Source: Candidatus Methanoperedens sp. (GTDB taxonomy: Archaea > Halobacteriota > Methanosarcinia > Methanosarcinales > Methanoperedenaceae). From it: DNA of 32,000 nt. The DNA is taken from contig JAPZAR010000024.1 in assembly GCA_027460535.1 (NCBI GenBank), positions 1 to 32,000 on the forward strand. The letters run 5' to 3'. The notes under the pieces were generated by a model. That model was not told where the DNA came from and searched no databases. It was given only the letters and a program-made list of their open reading frames with translations. Shown one piece after another: positions 18,315-29,736 of the stretch. Numbering within the stretch: the stretch's first letter is position 1; each line of letters starts with the position of its first letter. The translations under genes were made by a program, and so were the position numbers.

Positions 18315-19223
18315 ATGGCCGTTCCAGATTATCAAAGCATAATGCTTCCATTATTGAAGTTTGCCAAAGATAAACAAGAGCACTCAATTCGAGAAGCTAT
18401 TGAATATATCTCTAAGCTATTCAATCTGAGTGATGAAGAAAAAAGAATGCTCTTGCCCAGTGGACAGCAACCAATAATTAGTAATAGGACTGGTTGGGCA
18501 AGAACATATCTTAAAAAAGCAAAACTTTTGGAAACCACTAAACGGTCTTATTTCATAATTACGGACAAGGGGTTGGAGGTTTTAAAAAAAAATCCACCAG
18601 AAATAAATGTGAAATTTCTAGAACAATTTCCAGAATTTTTGGAATTTAGAACTTTAAAAAAGGATGAAAAAGAGCATTTTCTGCAAGAGGAGAATTATAA
18701 TCAAAAAACGCCCCAAGAATTACTCGAAACGTCATACATCGAGATAAAACGAAATCTAGCCCAGGAATTGCTGAGTTCTGTTAAGAATACGACGCCCGAA
18801 TTTTTTGAGAAACTTGTAGTAGATTTGTTGAAAGAAATGGGATATGGGGGATATCTATCAGATGCTGGGGAAGTTATCGGAAAAAGTGGGGATGAAGGGA
18901 TAGATGGGAAAATAAAAGAGGACAAATTAGGATTGGATATTATCTACATTCAAGCAAAAAGGTGGGAAGGAACTGTCGGACGACCTGAAATACATAAATT
19001 TGCTGGAGCTTTATTAGGACAAAGAGCGAAAAAAGGCATTTTCATAACCACCTCAAACTTTTCAAAAGATGCTAAGGATTATGCTGAAAGCATAGATGCC
19101 AAAATTAGATTGATTGATGGAGAGGAACTTGCTGAATTGATGATTGATTATAATATTGGTGTTTCAAAAGTGAAGACTTTTGATATCAAGAAAATAGATT
19201 CAGATTATTTCATTGAAGAATAA
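18315..19223 (+). CDS. mrr: Mrr-family type IV restriction endonuclease (Mrr_N winged helix + Mrr catalytic domain)
   Basis: 302 aa. The N-terminus MAVPDYQSIMLPLLKFAKD...IREAIEYISKLFNLSDEE...GWARTYLKKAKLLE is the Mrr_N pattern. The C-terminus GDEGIDG...LDIIYIQAKRW is the PD-(D/E)xK-type D...QxK core. Confidence 0.85.
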   Translation: MAVPDYQSIMLPLLKFAKDKQEHSIREAIEYISKLFNLSDEEKRMLLPSGQQPIISNRTGWARTYLKKAKLLETTKRSYFIITDKGLEVLKKNPPEINVKFLEQFPEFLEFRTLKKDEKEHFLQEENYNQKTPQELLETSYIEIKRNLAQELLSSVKNTTPEFFEKLVVDLLKEMGYGGYLSDAGEVIGKSGDEGIDGKIKEDKLGLDIIYIQAKRWEGTVGRPEIHKFAGALLGQRAKKGIFITTSNFSKDAKDYAESIDAKIRLIDGEELAELMIDYNIGVSKVKTFDIKKIDSDYFIEE

Positions 19224-19252
19224 TATAGTAGGTAACATAGAAGGTTGTTTGA

Positions 19253-19573
19253 ATGAACATTCCGCTAGAAAAAGCAATAGATATAATAATCAAATCTGTG
19301 AATCCAGATAAAATCATACTTTTCGGCTCTCGGGCAAGAGGGGATTACAAAAAAGAAAGTGATTATGATATCTGTGTAATTAAAAAAGGTGTTGAACACA
19401 GGAGAAAACTGGCGCAGCAAATATACAGATTCCTCTATGGTGTGGGAGTACCTGTAGATATTATCGTTGAAACACCTGAGAGATTTGAGGAGCTGAAGGA
19501 CAATCCTTTCATGATATACATAGAAATTTCTAAGTACGGGAAGGTGGTTTATGAAAAATCAGTCTCTGGCTGA
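19253..19573 (+). CDS. minimal nucleotidyltransferase (MNT-type antitoxin of HEPN/MNT pairs)
   Basis: 106 aa with ILFGSRARGDYKKESDYDICVI (the GSxxRG...DxD pol-beta NTase motif). Confidence 0.8.
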   Translation: MNIPLEKAIDIIIKSVNPDKIILFGSRARGDYKKESDYDICVIKKGVEHRRKLAQQIYRFLYGVGVPVDIIVETPERFEELKDNPFMIYIEISKYGKVVYEKSVSG

Positions 19574-19658
19574 TGAGTGGTTAAAAAGGGCAAGAAGCAA
19601 TCTTGAAAGAGCCAGAGCAGGAAAAGTCTCTGAAGGAATACTATATGAAGATCTTTGA
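19551..19658 (+). pseudogene. truncated HEPN-domain toxin gene (35 codons only)
   Basis: Hand translation gives MKNQSLADEWLKRARSNLERARAGKVSEGILYEDL-stop. It overlaps the MNT 3' end by 23 nt, as intact MNT/HEPN pairs do. This is the HEPN helix-1 pattern, but the Rx4-6H region is absent and no continuation exists in any frame. Confidence 0.5.
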
Positions 19659-19679
19659 GGATATGGCTCCCACTCATGA

Positions 19680-20054
19680 TCACTTCCTCAACACCTCAAA
19701 TAACATGAAAAACCCGATAATCAGCACGGCTGCAGCCCATATCGAAATATCGCCCAGTGCGTAATATTTCGCCACCCCGATCGCCAATCCCAGTGTGCCA
19801 AGCCCCACTGTGAACCTGCTGATATTTATATTCCAGATTATCCTCAGCAAATTCAATATAAGCAATATTGCGCCGCTTCCTGCGTATATCAGCACCCATT
19901 TCTGCGCATTGCCTATCCGCCCCAGGCCTTCAAGAATCCAGCTTCCCCCGATCAGTATGAAGAACAATGCCCAGGATAATTTAATGAGCCTGAGGTTGAG
20001 CATTTGTCTGGCAATGAAGGTTTTTTCATCCATCACGACTTCTACTTTAACCAT
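19680..20054 (-). CDS. small membrane protein, unknown function (about 124 aa, 3-4 TM)
   Basis: MVKVEVVMDEKTFIARQ... followed by hydrophobic segments (SWALFFILIGGSWILEGLG, VLIYAGSGAILLILNLL, IWAAAVLIIGFFMLF). ATG at 20054 with AGGTGG just upstream; the ORF-track start at 20060 is a GTG. It lies 21 nt after the hsp20-like gene. Confidence 0.5.
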   Translation of the reverse strand: MVKVEVVMDEKTFIARQMLNLRLIKLSWALFFILIGGSWILEGLGRIGNAQKWVLIYAGSGAILLILNLLRIIWNINISRFTVGLGTLGLAIGVAKYYALGDISIWAAAVLIIGFFMLFEVLRK

Positions 20055-20081
20055 TGCCACCTGAAATGAGGCTCATGAAGT

Positions 20082-20528
20082 TTAAGCGTTACTCTTTTTA
20101 ATGGGCCTTTTTATCTTTGATTTATTGAAGACAAGTTCAAGGATTCCGTTATTGCAGGAAGCTTCCATGCCTGTTTTATTAACCCTTGCAGGCAATTCAA
20201 TCGTCTCCATCAGGGTTCCCTGCGAATTACTGGCTGTAATTTCAAGAACCCTGCCTTTACATGAGATCTTTAGGTCCCCCAGGTCCATTCCTGGAAGTCC
20301 CACAACAGCGTGTACCTTCTTTTCGGTTTCCAGGATATCGACAGGTGATCTCTGCAATTCTTGGGGATGATAAAGCTCCTGTGAATTCAAGACCACGATC
20401 GGACATATATTCACTGATATCCCGATATCAATAGGCCTGTCCTCGGAGATCTCAATCTCATCAAGTATCTTTCCAAGCGTTTCCTCTAACTGTTTTAAGA
20501 ACTCATCGATGTCGTTTATTTTTTTCAT
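20082..20528 (-). CDS. divergent small heat-shock protein (alpha-crystallin/Hsp20 domain)
   Basis: 148 aa. The C-terminal half has the alpha-crystallin-domain (ACD) pattern VDILETEKKVHAVVGLPGMDLGDLKISCKGRVLEITA...IELPARVNKTGMEASCNNGILELVFNK. The ATG lies 4 nt after the cdc48 stop. Confidence 0.6.
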   Translation of the reverse strand: MKKINDIDEFLKQLEETLGKILDEIEISEDRPIDIGISVNICPIVVLNSQELYHPQELQRSPVDILETEKKVHAVVGLPGMDLGDLKISCKGRVLEITASNSQGTLMETIELPARVNKTGMEASCNNGILELVFNKSKIKRPIKKSNA

Positions 20529-20532
20529 TTCT

Positions 20533-22795
<2,263 letters not shown>

Positions 22796-22807
22796 CTTGT
22801 AGCTAAT

Positions 22808-25530
<2,723 letters not shown>

Positions 25531-25558
25531 ATATTTTTACCTCTGAATTTATTTTTTA

Positions 25559-26182
25559 TTAGCCTATCCTGTAACTATTTTCGTTCTCTTTTATCATTTC
25601 TTTGTTCTGCATTCTTGATAGATATTTCTCAAGCACATATTCCGGTAATTCAAGCTGCATGGAAAGTGCACGCTTGTTCATCGGGCTTTTCAACAAGGCA
25701 TAGAGTATTTCGGCCTCGATTGAATCTTCAGTGATGTCCTCAATGGCATCCATGCTCTGCCCCATCGCTCCCGCGATATTTGCCTGGACTTCCTGGTATT
25801 CGCTCATTATCCGCTGCCTGTGCTGCAGAAGTTCCTGTATCTCATTATGCAGGGATTTCAGGTCTGCGATCGCACGGACAGGCTTTTCTTGCTCATCCGA
25901 GACGGCAATCGTACTGATCTCGACTTCAAAGGAGTACGGCGACACAAACACTTCCATTCTCAGGTTGTCCATTATATGGAAATACTTGCGCCGCTGTTCA
26001 TCCACGCTGGCTTCGATCAGACCTGCTCTCTCGAGGAGCAGAAGGTGCCCGAGAACAGCTTTTGCCCCTACGTCCAGCCGTTCTGCTATCTCGCTCATAT
26101 AGCAGGGCCGGCTCGCAAGGAGGTGCAGGATTTTCCTGCGGTTCTCGTTCCCGAGTATGTCCAGGAGTTGTGCTGATTCCAT
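25559..26182 (-). CDS. ArsR-like winged-helix regulator, HSR1/Phr-type heat-shock regulator candidate
   Basis: About 207 aa from ATG 26182 (MESAQLLDILGNENRRKILHLLASRPCYMSEIAERLDVGAKAVLGHLLLLERAGLIE = wHTH); the GTG at 26197 is an alternative start. A helical linker and a second wHTH-like C-terminal region follow. It heads an hsp20-cdc48 operon, and an exact HSR1 operator sits in its promoter. Confidence 0.7.
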   Translation of the reverse strand: MESAQLLDILGNENRRKILHLLASRPCYMSEIAERLDVGAKAVLGHLLLLERAGLIEASVDEQRRKYFHIMDNLRMEVFVSPYSFEVEISTIAVSDEQEKPVRAIADLKSLHNEIQELLQHRQRIMSEYQEVQANIAGAMGQSMDAIEDITEDSIEAEILYALLKSPMNKRALSMQLELPEYVLEKYLSRMQNKEMIKENENSYRIG

Positions 26183-26220
26183 GTTTGTAGGCTTCACCCC
26201 GGGTTAGTGTCTTGGGGTTA

Positions 26221-26235
26221 CTAACCTTAGGTTAG
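26221..26235 (-). promoter_or_regulatory. operator: CTAAC-N5-GTTAG palindrome (HSR1-type)
   Basis: 26221-26235 is CTAACCTTAGGTTAG, a perfect 7+1+7 palindrome. It lies 9 nt downstream (minus strand) of the TATA box, at about -13 to +2 relative to the predicted TSS. The 8-mer GGTTAGTG recurs at 26202-26209 and 26230-26237. Confidence 0.7.
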
Positions 26236-26244
26236 TGGTGATAG

Positions 26245-26252
26245 TATATAAA
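26245..26252 (-). promoter_or_regulatory. TATA box (TTTATATA on minus strand) of the heat-shock operon
   Basis: Plus-strand tatataaa at 26245-26252 gives consensus archaeal TTTATATA on the minus strand, about 63 nt upstream of ATG 26182. Confidence 0.55.
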
Positions 26253-26501
26253 GCTAATCCATGAAAAAAGTATGTTCACCGAAATCCACCTGCTTGGCAT
26301 TTCTATTGCTTTTGCCAATGCAGCCCCTGTCTTCATAGTTTCTTCCGTGCCCCTAATTTTACACCACAATTATTGTTATGGCTCAAGATGCCCGGATGCA
26401 CGAGAACGCCTATTAGATTCAGTCATAGACTCCCGAATCGGGGGCTTCAGGAAGGTGCATGAGGGTCACTAAAGTTCACTCTTTGTCCTGATTATTAATG
26501 G

Positions 26502-26546
26502 AAAAAAAGGGGCACGAAACAATTAGAATAAAAAGGATTTTATTCT
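26502..26546 (-). terminator. hairpin plus T7 terminator of the two-gene unit 27475->26540
   Basis: agaataaaa (26525-26533) and ttttattct (26538-26546) form a 9-bp stem around loop agga, overlapping the stop codon. Minus-strand T7 (plus A7 at 26502-26508) follows about 17 nt later. Confidence 0.4.
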
Positions 26547-26965
26547 CTCTGGAATACTTGGATTCCTTTCTGGGAGAGATAATATCCATTTCCATCTGTA
26601 AGGGAAGTTAGATTAACAATTTTTTGGAGAACTATATATATATCATCATTATTTCTAATTTTTTCTTCTAACTGCTCAAGACAATACACAAGATCATCAA
26701 AGAAACTTGCTTGTAAAGGAATAGTCAGATCTCCGCTTTTTATAGCAGTTAAACGAGCTAACATATACTGATATGATAGGGTCAAAACAAAATCCACAAA
26801 TTGAAGTTGTGGGTCATATTTAAAGTTCAAAATTCTTCGAGTCATGCCAAAAGTTGCGCTATAATAAAAAATTTTATTATCAAAATTTTGCTCCTCGGTT
26901 ATTTTCCTTCTAGCAAATGCTATTTCATCTAATAACATATTTTTATAAGGCTCTGTAATGTCCAT
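26540..26965 (-). CDS. hypothetical protein, 141 aa, predicted all-helical, no recognisable family
   Basis: ATG at 26965, preceded by GGAGG 6 nt upstream and 15 nt after the stop of the wHTH gene, so probably translationally linked. MDITEPYKNMLLDEIAFARRKITEEQNFDNKIFYYSATFGMTRRILNFKYDPQLQF... Confidence 0.6.
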   Translation of the reverse strand: MDITEPYKNMLLDEIAFARRKITEEQNFDNKIFYYSATFGMTRRILNFKYDPQLQFVDFVLTLSYQYMLARLTAIKSGDLTIPLQASFFDDLVYCLEQLEEKIRNNDDIYIVLQKIVNLTSLTDGNGYYLSQKGIQVFQRE

Positions 26966-26980
26966 ATCTGCCTCCTTCCT

Positions 26981-27475
26981 TTAACCTGCAGTAGCAGAGA
27001 TTTTAACAACTGTTTTGGTTCTACCGCTAGCAGTTTCTCTAAACTGTTCATTATGTTTAATTTCAGGCATTTCAACCAGCTTGATATCCAAAGGCTTAGT
27101 TTCGGACGACGCTGTTCCTTTAATTGGTTCATTGACTAAACGAGGTACGTTTAGAGTATCCATTAAACCTTTAATTATATCCTCTCCAAACTCTGTGAGG
27201 TCATAAAAGGAATAGCTGTCTATACCTTCTTTTCTAGTATATTCATTTTTGATAAAGGCTCCCTTTTCGAGTATCTTGAGGTGATAAGTTAGTTTGCTAC
27301 TATATTCTGGCGGTATTTCTAATTCAGTCATTATCTGAGAGAAGGGCAATTCACCATATTTGAGAAGTATAAAAAAAATTGCCAGTCTAAGATTGTCATT
27401 TAAAGCATTTATCGCTCGTCTAAGCTCTAAAGGCATTTCGTTTGCATACTCTTCTATTTTTTTGTTCGTGTACAT
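26981..27475 (-). CDS. winged helix-turn-helix (ArsR-like) DNA-binding protein with disordered C-terminal tail
   Basis: 164 aa. LRLAIFFILLKYGELPFSQIMTELEIPPEYSSKLTYHLKILEKGAFIKNEY...YSFYDLTEFG is a wHTH plus wing. The tail is rich in T/S/K/E. ATG at 27475 with GAGGTG upstream. Confidence 0.7.
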   Translation of the reverse strand: MYTNKKIEEYANEMPLELRRAINALNDNLRLAIFFILLKYGELPFSQIMTELEIPPEYSSKLTYHLKILEKGAFIKNEYTRKEGIDSYSFYDLTEFGEDIIKGLMDTLNVPRLVNEPIKGTASSETKPLDIKLVEMPEIKHNEQFRETASGRTKTVVKISATAG

Positions 27476-27602
27476 TCCTATGATACACCTCTCAGGGGGA
27501 GCCCTTCAATATTACTTTTAGTATAAGTACATTTTGGTTTACTGTAGTATAATTAATTTTACTAACGTAAAAGCTTTATCGTTTCAATTTGTTTTGAGCT
27601 AT

Positions 27603-28166
27603 GTGGTATCTAAGAATATCCAGAATAGATATGATAACTATCAAAGGAAGAAAAAAGAATCCATCTTTGCATTTAAGGATAGAATTTGTATAATCATTTA
27701 TGGCGCTTATAATCCTCCAGCAGATAGGATTCATCCCGGAGAAAAAGAACGTCTAATAAAACTTCGTGATCGGTTAAGAGCGGATGGGTATATTAATACA
27801 GCCATAGTTGAAGATCTCCCTGATGATAAAGAGTCCGATATTTCTAATCTAGAAAAAAGTTTGAATTGCCTCGGTATGGCTGATTTAAATATCCTTGTTT
27901 TTACATGCAGAGGTAAAACTGGCAGTGTAGCAAGGGAATTGCTCCATGCCATTTCCAATCCAATAATTCTCTATAAATGCAGAATATTCGAAGAAGTGGA
28001 TAAAGGAATAGCAGCAATGGAGACCCTTTTAAAAGAAGAACTATCTTCACATAGGTATAGAATAACTCAAGTTGAAAGGGAAGATGATGACGATTTATAT
28101 GAACATGTTTCTAGTGATGTATTTCTGTTCTTGAGAGACTACAGCCTTAGATTCGCACGATGCTAA
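27603..28166 (+). CDS. hypothetical alpha/beta (flavodoxin-like fold) protein with a nucleoside 2-deoxyribosyltransferase-like / TIR-like sequence pattern
   Basis: The ORF is open from TTG 27534, with no in-frame ATG before residue about 114. I prefer GTG 27603, downstream of the TATA-like GTAGTATAATTAATTTT, but the start is uncertain. It shows an alternating strand/helix pattern (RICIIIYGAY / ERLIKLRDRLRADGY / ADLNILVFTCRGKTGSVARELLHAI / PIILYKCRIFEE). The fold call is inference. Confidence 0.5.
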   Translation: MVSKNIQNRYDNYQRKKKESIFAFKDRICIIIYGAYNPPADRIHPGEKERLIKLRDRLRADGYINTAIVEDLPDDKESDISNLEKSLNCLGMADLNILVFTCRGKTGSVARELLHAISNPIILYKCRIFEEVDKGIAAMETLLKEELSSHRYRITQVEREDDDDLYEHVSSDVFLFLRDYSLRFARC

Positions 28167-28365
28167 AGATAAGGAATCCCAGCCCATTTTAACATACAAT
28201 TGTTGTTCTGGTTCAATATCTTATTTGAATGCTCATCGAGCAGGCGGGAATAAAGATCAGACTGTCTTTATCGGCATAATTAAATAAAATTTGAATATCG
28301 ACAAAGGATTTTTATTACGATGATATGTATTTAGAATCATTACGAAACAAGAAGAACAACCACAA

Positions 28366-28800
28366 ATGAATGATATTATCTCCGAAGAAGAGCGGGAGCG
28401 CCTGCTCTCCGAGTTGCACAGATTCCTTGCATGGGTAGGCGAGCAAATACCGGATGAGATTGACCTGGAAGGAAAGTCCATAAAAGTGCATGATATCGTC
28501 TGGAACTGCATCCATCAGAAGGAATTTTCTGAAATGGATAGGGAACGTTTCCTTGAGCTAATCAGCATACTTGAAACAAAAGAGAAATACGATGAGACGG
28601 CACTTGCCAGGGCCAATCTCACTCGCGAGGAGGCAAAGAGACTATATCATGAAACCGCAGCTCTCATACGTGCTATCATGGATCTCCGGGAATGCGAAGG
28701 CGGTAAGGTGAAATTGAAAGAATCCGGCGAAGAGATAAGAAAGAAAATCGATGATGCCAGGAGATGGCTGGATTTCTTGAAAAGCGTTGGGAAAAAATAG
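28366..28800 (+). CDS. conserved-looking hypothetical protein, 144 aa, helical and charged
   Basis: ATG at 28366 with backbone-like GC. MNDIISEEERERLLSELHRFLAWVGEQIPDEIDLEGKSIKVHDIVWNCIHQKEF... I cannot name a family with confidence. It converges on the YrdC gene with a 22-nt gap. Confidence 0.6.
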   Translation: MNDIISEEERERLLSELHRFLAWVGEQIPDEIDLEGKSIKVHDIVWNCIHQKEFSEMDRERFLELISILETKEKYDETALARANLTREEAKRLYHETAALIRAIMDLRECEGGKVKLKESGEEIRKKIDDARRWLDFLKSVGKK

Positions 28801-28822
28801 TTGATTTACACGTTCAAAACCG

Positions 28823-29437
28823 TTAACTATTAAAAGGGTTTCTATTACCCTCAATTACTGCAGCTACTTCCTCATATTTTGCGCCTTTGCGCAAAATCTT
28901 GAGAGCCGCGAGATCAACAACTGTTGAAGGCTCGCCACTGCATTCTCCACCATCGAGAATATAATCTGCTTTTATTCTTACTTCCTCCGCCTTTGTTGGA
29001 GGCGCCTCCCCGGAAATGTTCGCACTGGTGGAGGTAATCGGAACTCCTGCAAGTTCAATGAGCCTGACCGCCATCTTATGATCCGGAAATCTTATGCCTA
29101 CCATGTCCTTACCCGATGTCAAGGTACCTGGTACAAGTTTTTTTTTCTTGAGTATGATGGTCACGGGCCCGGGAAGAAATTTTTCAATAAAGCGCCTCTC
29201 CCTGTCGCTTACATACACGAGACCCTCCATCATCTCAAAACCTGAAACAGCAATGGAAACAGGTTTTTCCGGAGTTCTTTTCTTGAATGAAAAAACCTTC
29301 CTTAAAGCATCCTCTGAAAAAATATTCGCCCCGATCCCATAAACTGTTTCGGTTGGATAGATAACAACGCCCCCATTCCTTATGATATCGGCAGCTTTTT
29401 CGATATCCTGCCCTATTTCAACATTGTATTGCCCCAT
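28823..29437 (-). CDS. tsaC: L-threonylcarbamoyladenylate synthase, YrdC/TsaC-type (single domain; t6A pathway)
   Basis: 204 aa with GGVVIYPTETVYGIGANIFSEDALRKVFSFKKRTPEKPVSIAV, LPGPVTIIL and SANISGEAPPT, the YrdC/Sua5 family core. It lacks the C-terminal Sua5 domain. Confidence 0.85.
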   Translation of the reverse strand: MGQYNVEIGQDIEKAADIIRNGGVVIYPTETVYGIGANIFSEDALRKVFSFKKRTPEKPVSIAVSGFEMMEGLVYVSDRERRFIEKFLPGPVTIILKKKKLVPGTLTSGKDMVGIRFPDHKMAVRLIELAGVPITSTSANISGEAPPTKAEEVRIKADYILDGGECSGEPSTVVDLAALKILRKGAKYEEVAAVIEGNRNPFNS

Positions 29438-29460
29438 TTCCCGAAATGCTCAATAAATAA

Positions 29461-29697
29461 TTAAGCCGGCACTATCGTAAGAGAGGCAACCGGGCAGTTC
29501 CGGGTGCATATCCCGCAGGCAATGCAATTTCCATAATCTATCACTGCGCTGCCATTGGTCACATGGATGGCGAGTTTCGCCGTATCCATATTGAAATCCG
29601 CAGCCTTTGAAAGTTTGGTGTTCGTCGGGCACACCGTCACGCATATGCCGCATCCATTGCAGTTCTCTGATTGTACAAGTTTCTTGTCTTTTGCCAT
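29461..29697 (-). CDS. 2x[4Fe-4S] ferredoxin
   Basis: 78 aa with two CxxCxxCxxxCP motifs (CNGCGICVTVCP, CIACGICTRNCP). Confidence 0.85.
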   Translation of the reverse strand: MAKDKKLVQSENCNGCGICVTVCPTNTKLSKAADFNMDTAKLAIHVTNGSAVIDYGNCIACGICTRNCPVASLTIVPA

Positions 29698-29736
29698 GGT
29701 ATACGATACTGCGCGGGAATGATATGAATATTTCGT

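Larger units (their letters stand above)
18230..19660. other. AT-rich islet A (putatively acquired): mrr + MNT + HEPN remnant
   Basis: One line counted by hand gives 20/60 GC at 18361-18420 against 34/60 at 17041-17100 inside lysS. The composition shift begins right after the lysS stop and ends at the truncated HEPN. Confidence 0.5.
26475..28340. other. AT-rich islet B (putatively acquired) carrying a three-gene cassette of unknown function
   Basis: Visibly AT-rich relative to the heat-shock operon on the left and the 28366 gene on the right. The cassette has its own terminator and a divergent promoter. Boundaries are approximate. Confidence 0.5.

Noticed and set aside
26272-26472. 66-aa plus-strand ORF next to the heat-shock promoter
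   Set aside because: It has no RBS and no recognisable motif, and the composition is odd (MFTEIHLLGISIAF...HHNYCYGSRCPDARE). I treat it as non-coding; see the finding on this spacer.
26532-28316. Near-identical direct repeat AAAGGATTTTATT (26532-26544) / AAAGGATTTTTATT (28303-28316) flanking islet B, as possible att sites
   Set aside because: A 13-14-mer with one indel in AT-rich DNA is expected about once per 32-kb window by chance. The left copy is also explained as one arm of the terminator hairpin. No integrase is present.
28257-28515. 84-aa and 66-aa minus-strand ORFs overlapping the 5' end of the 28366-28800 gene
   Set aside because: They overlap a better-supported plus-strand gene and the AT-rich promoter region. 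The products are low complexity with no RBS.
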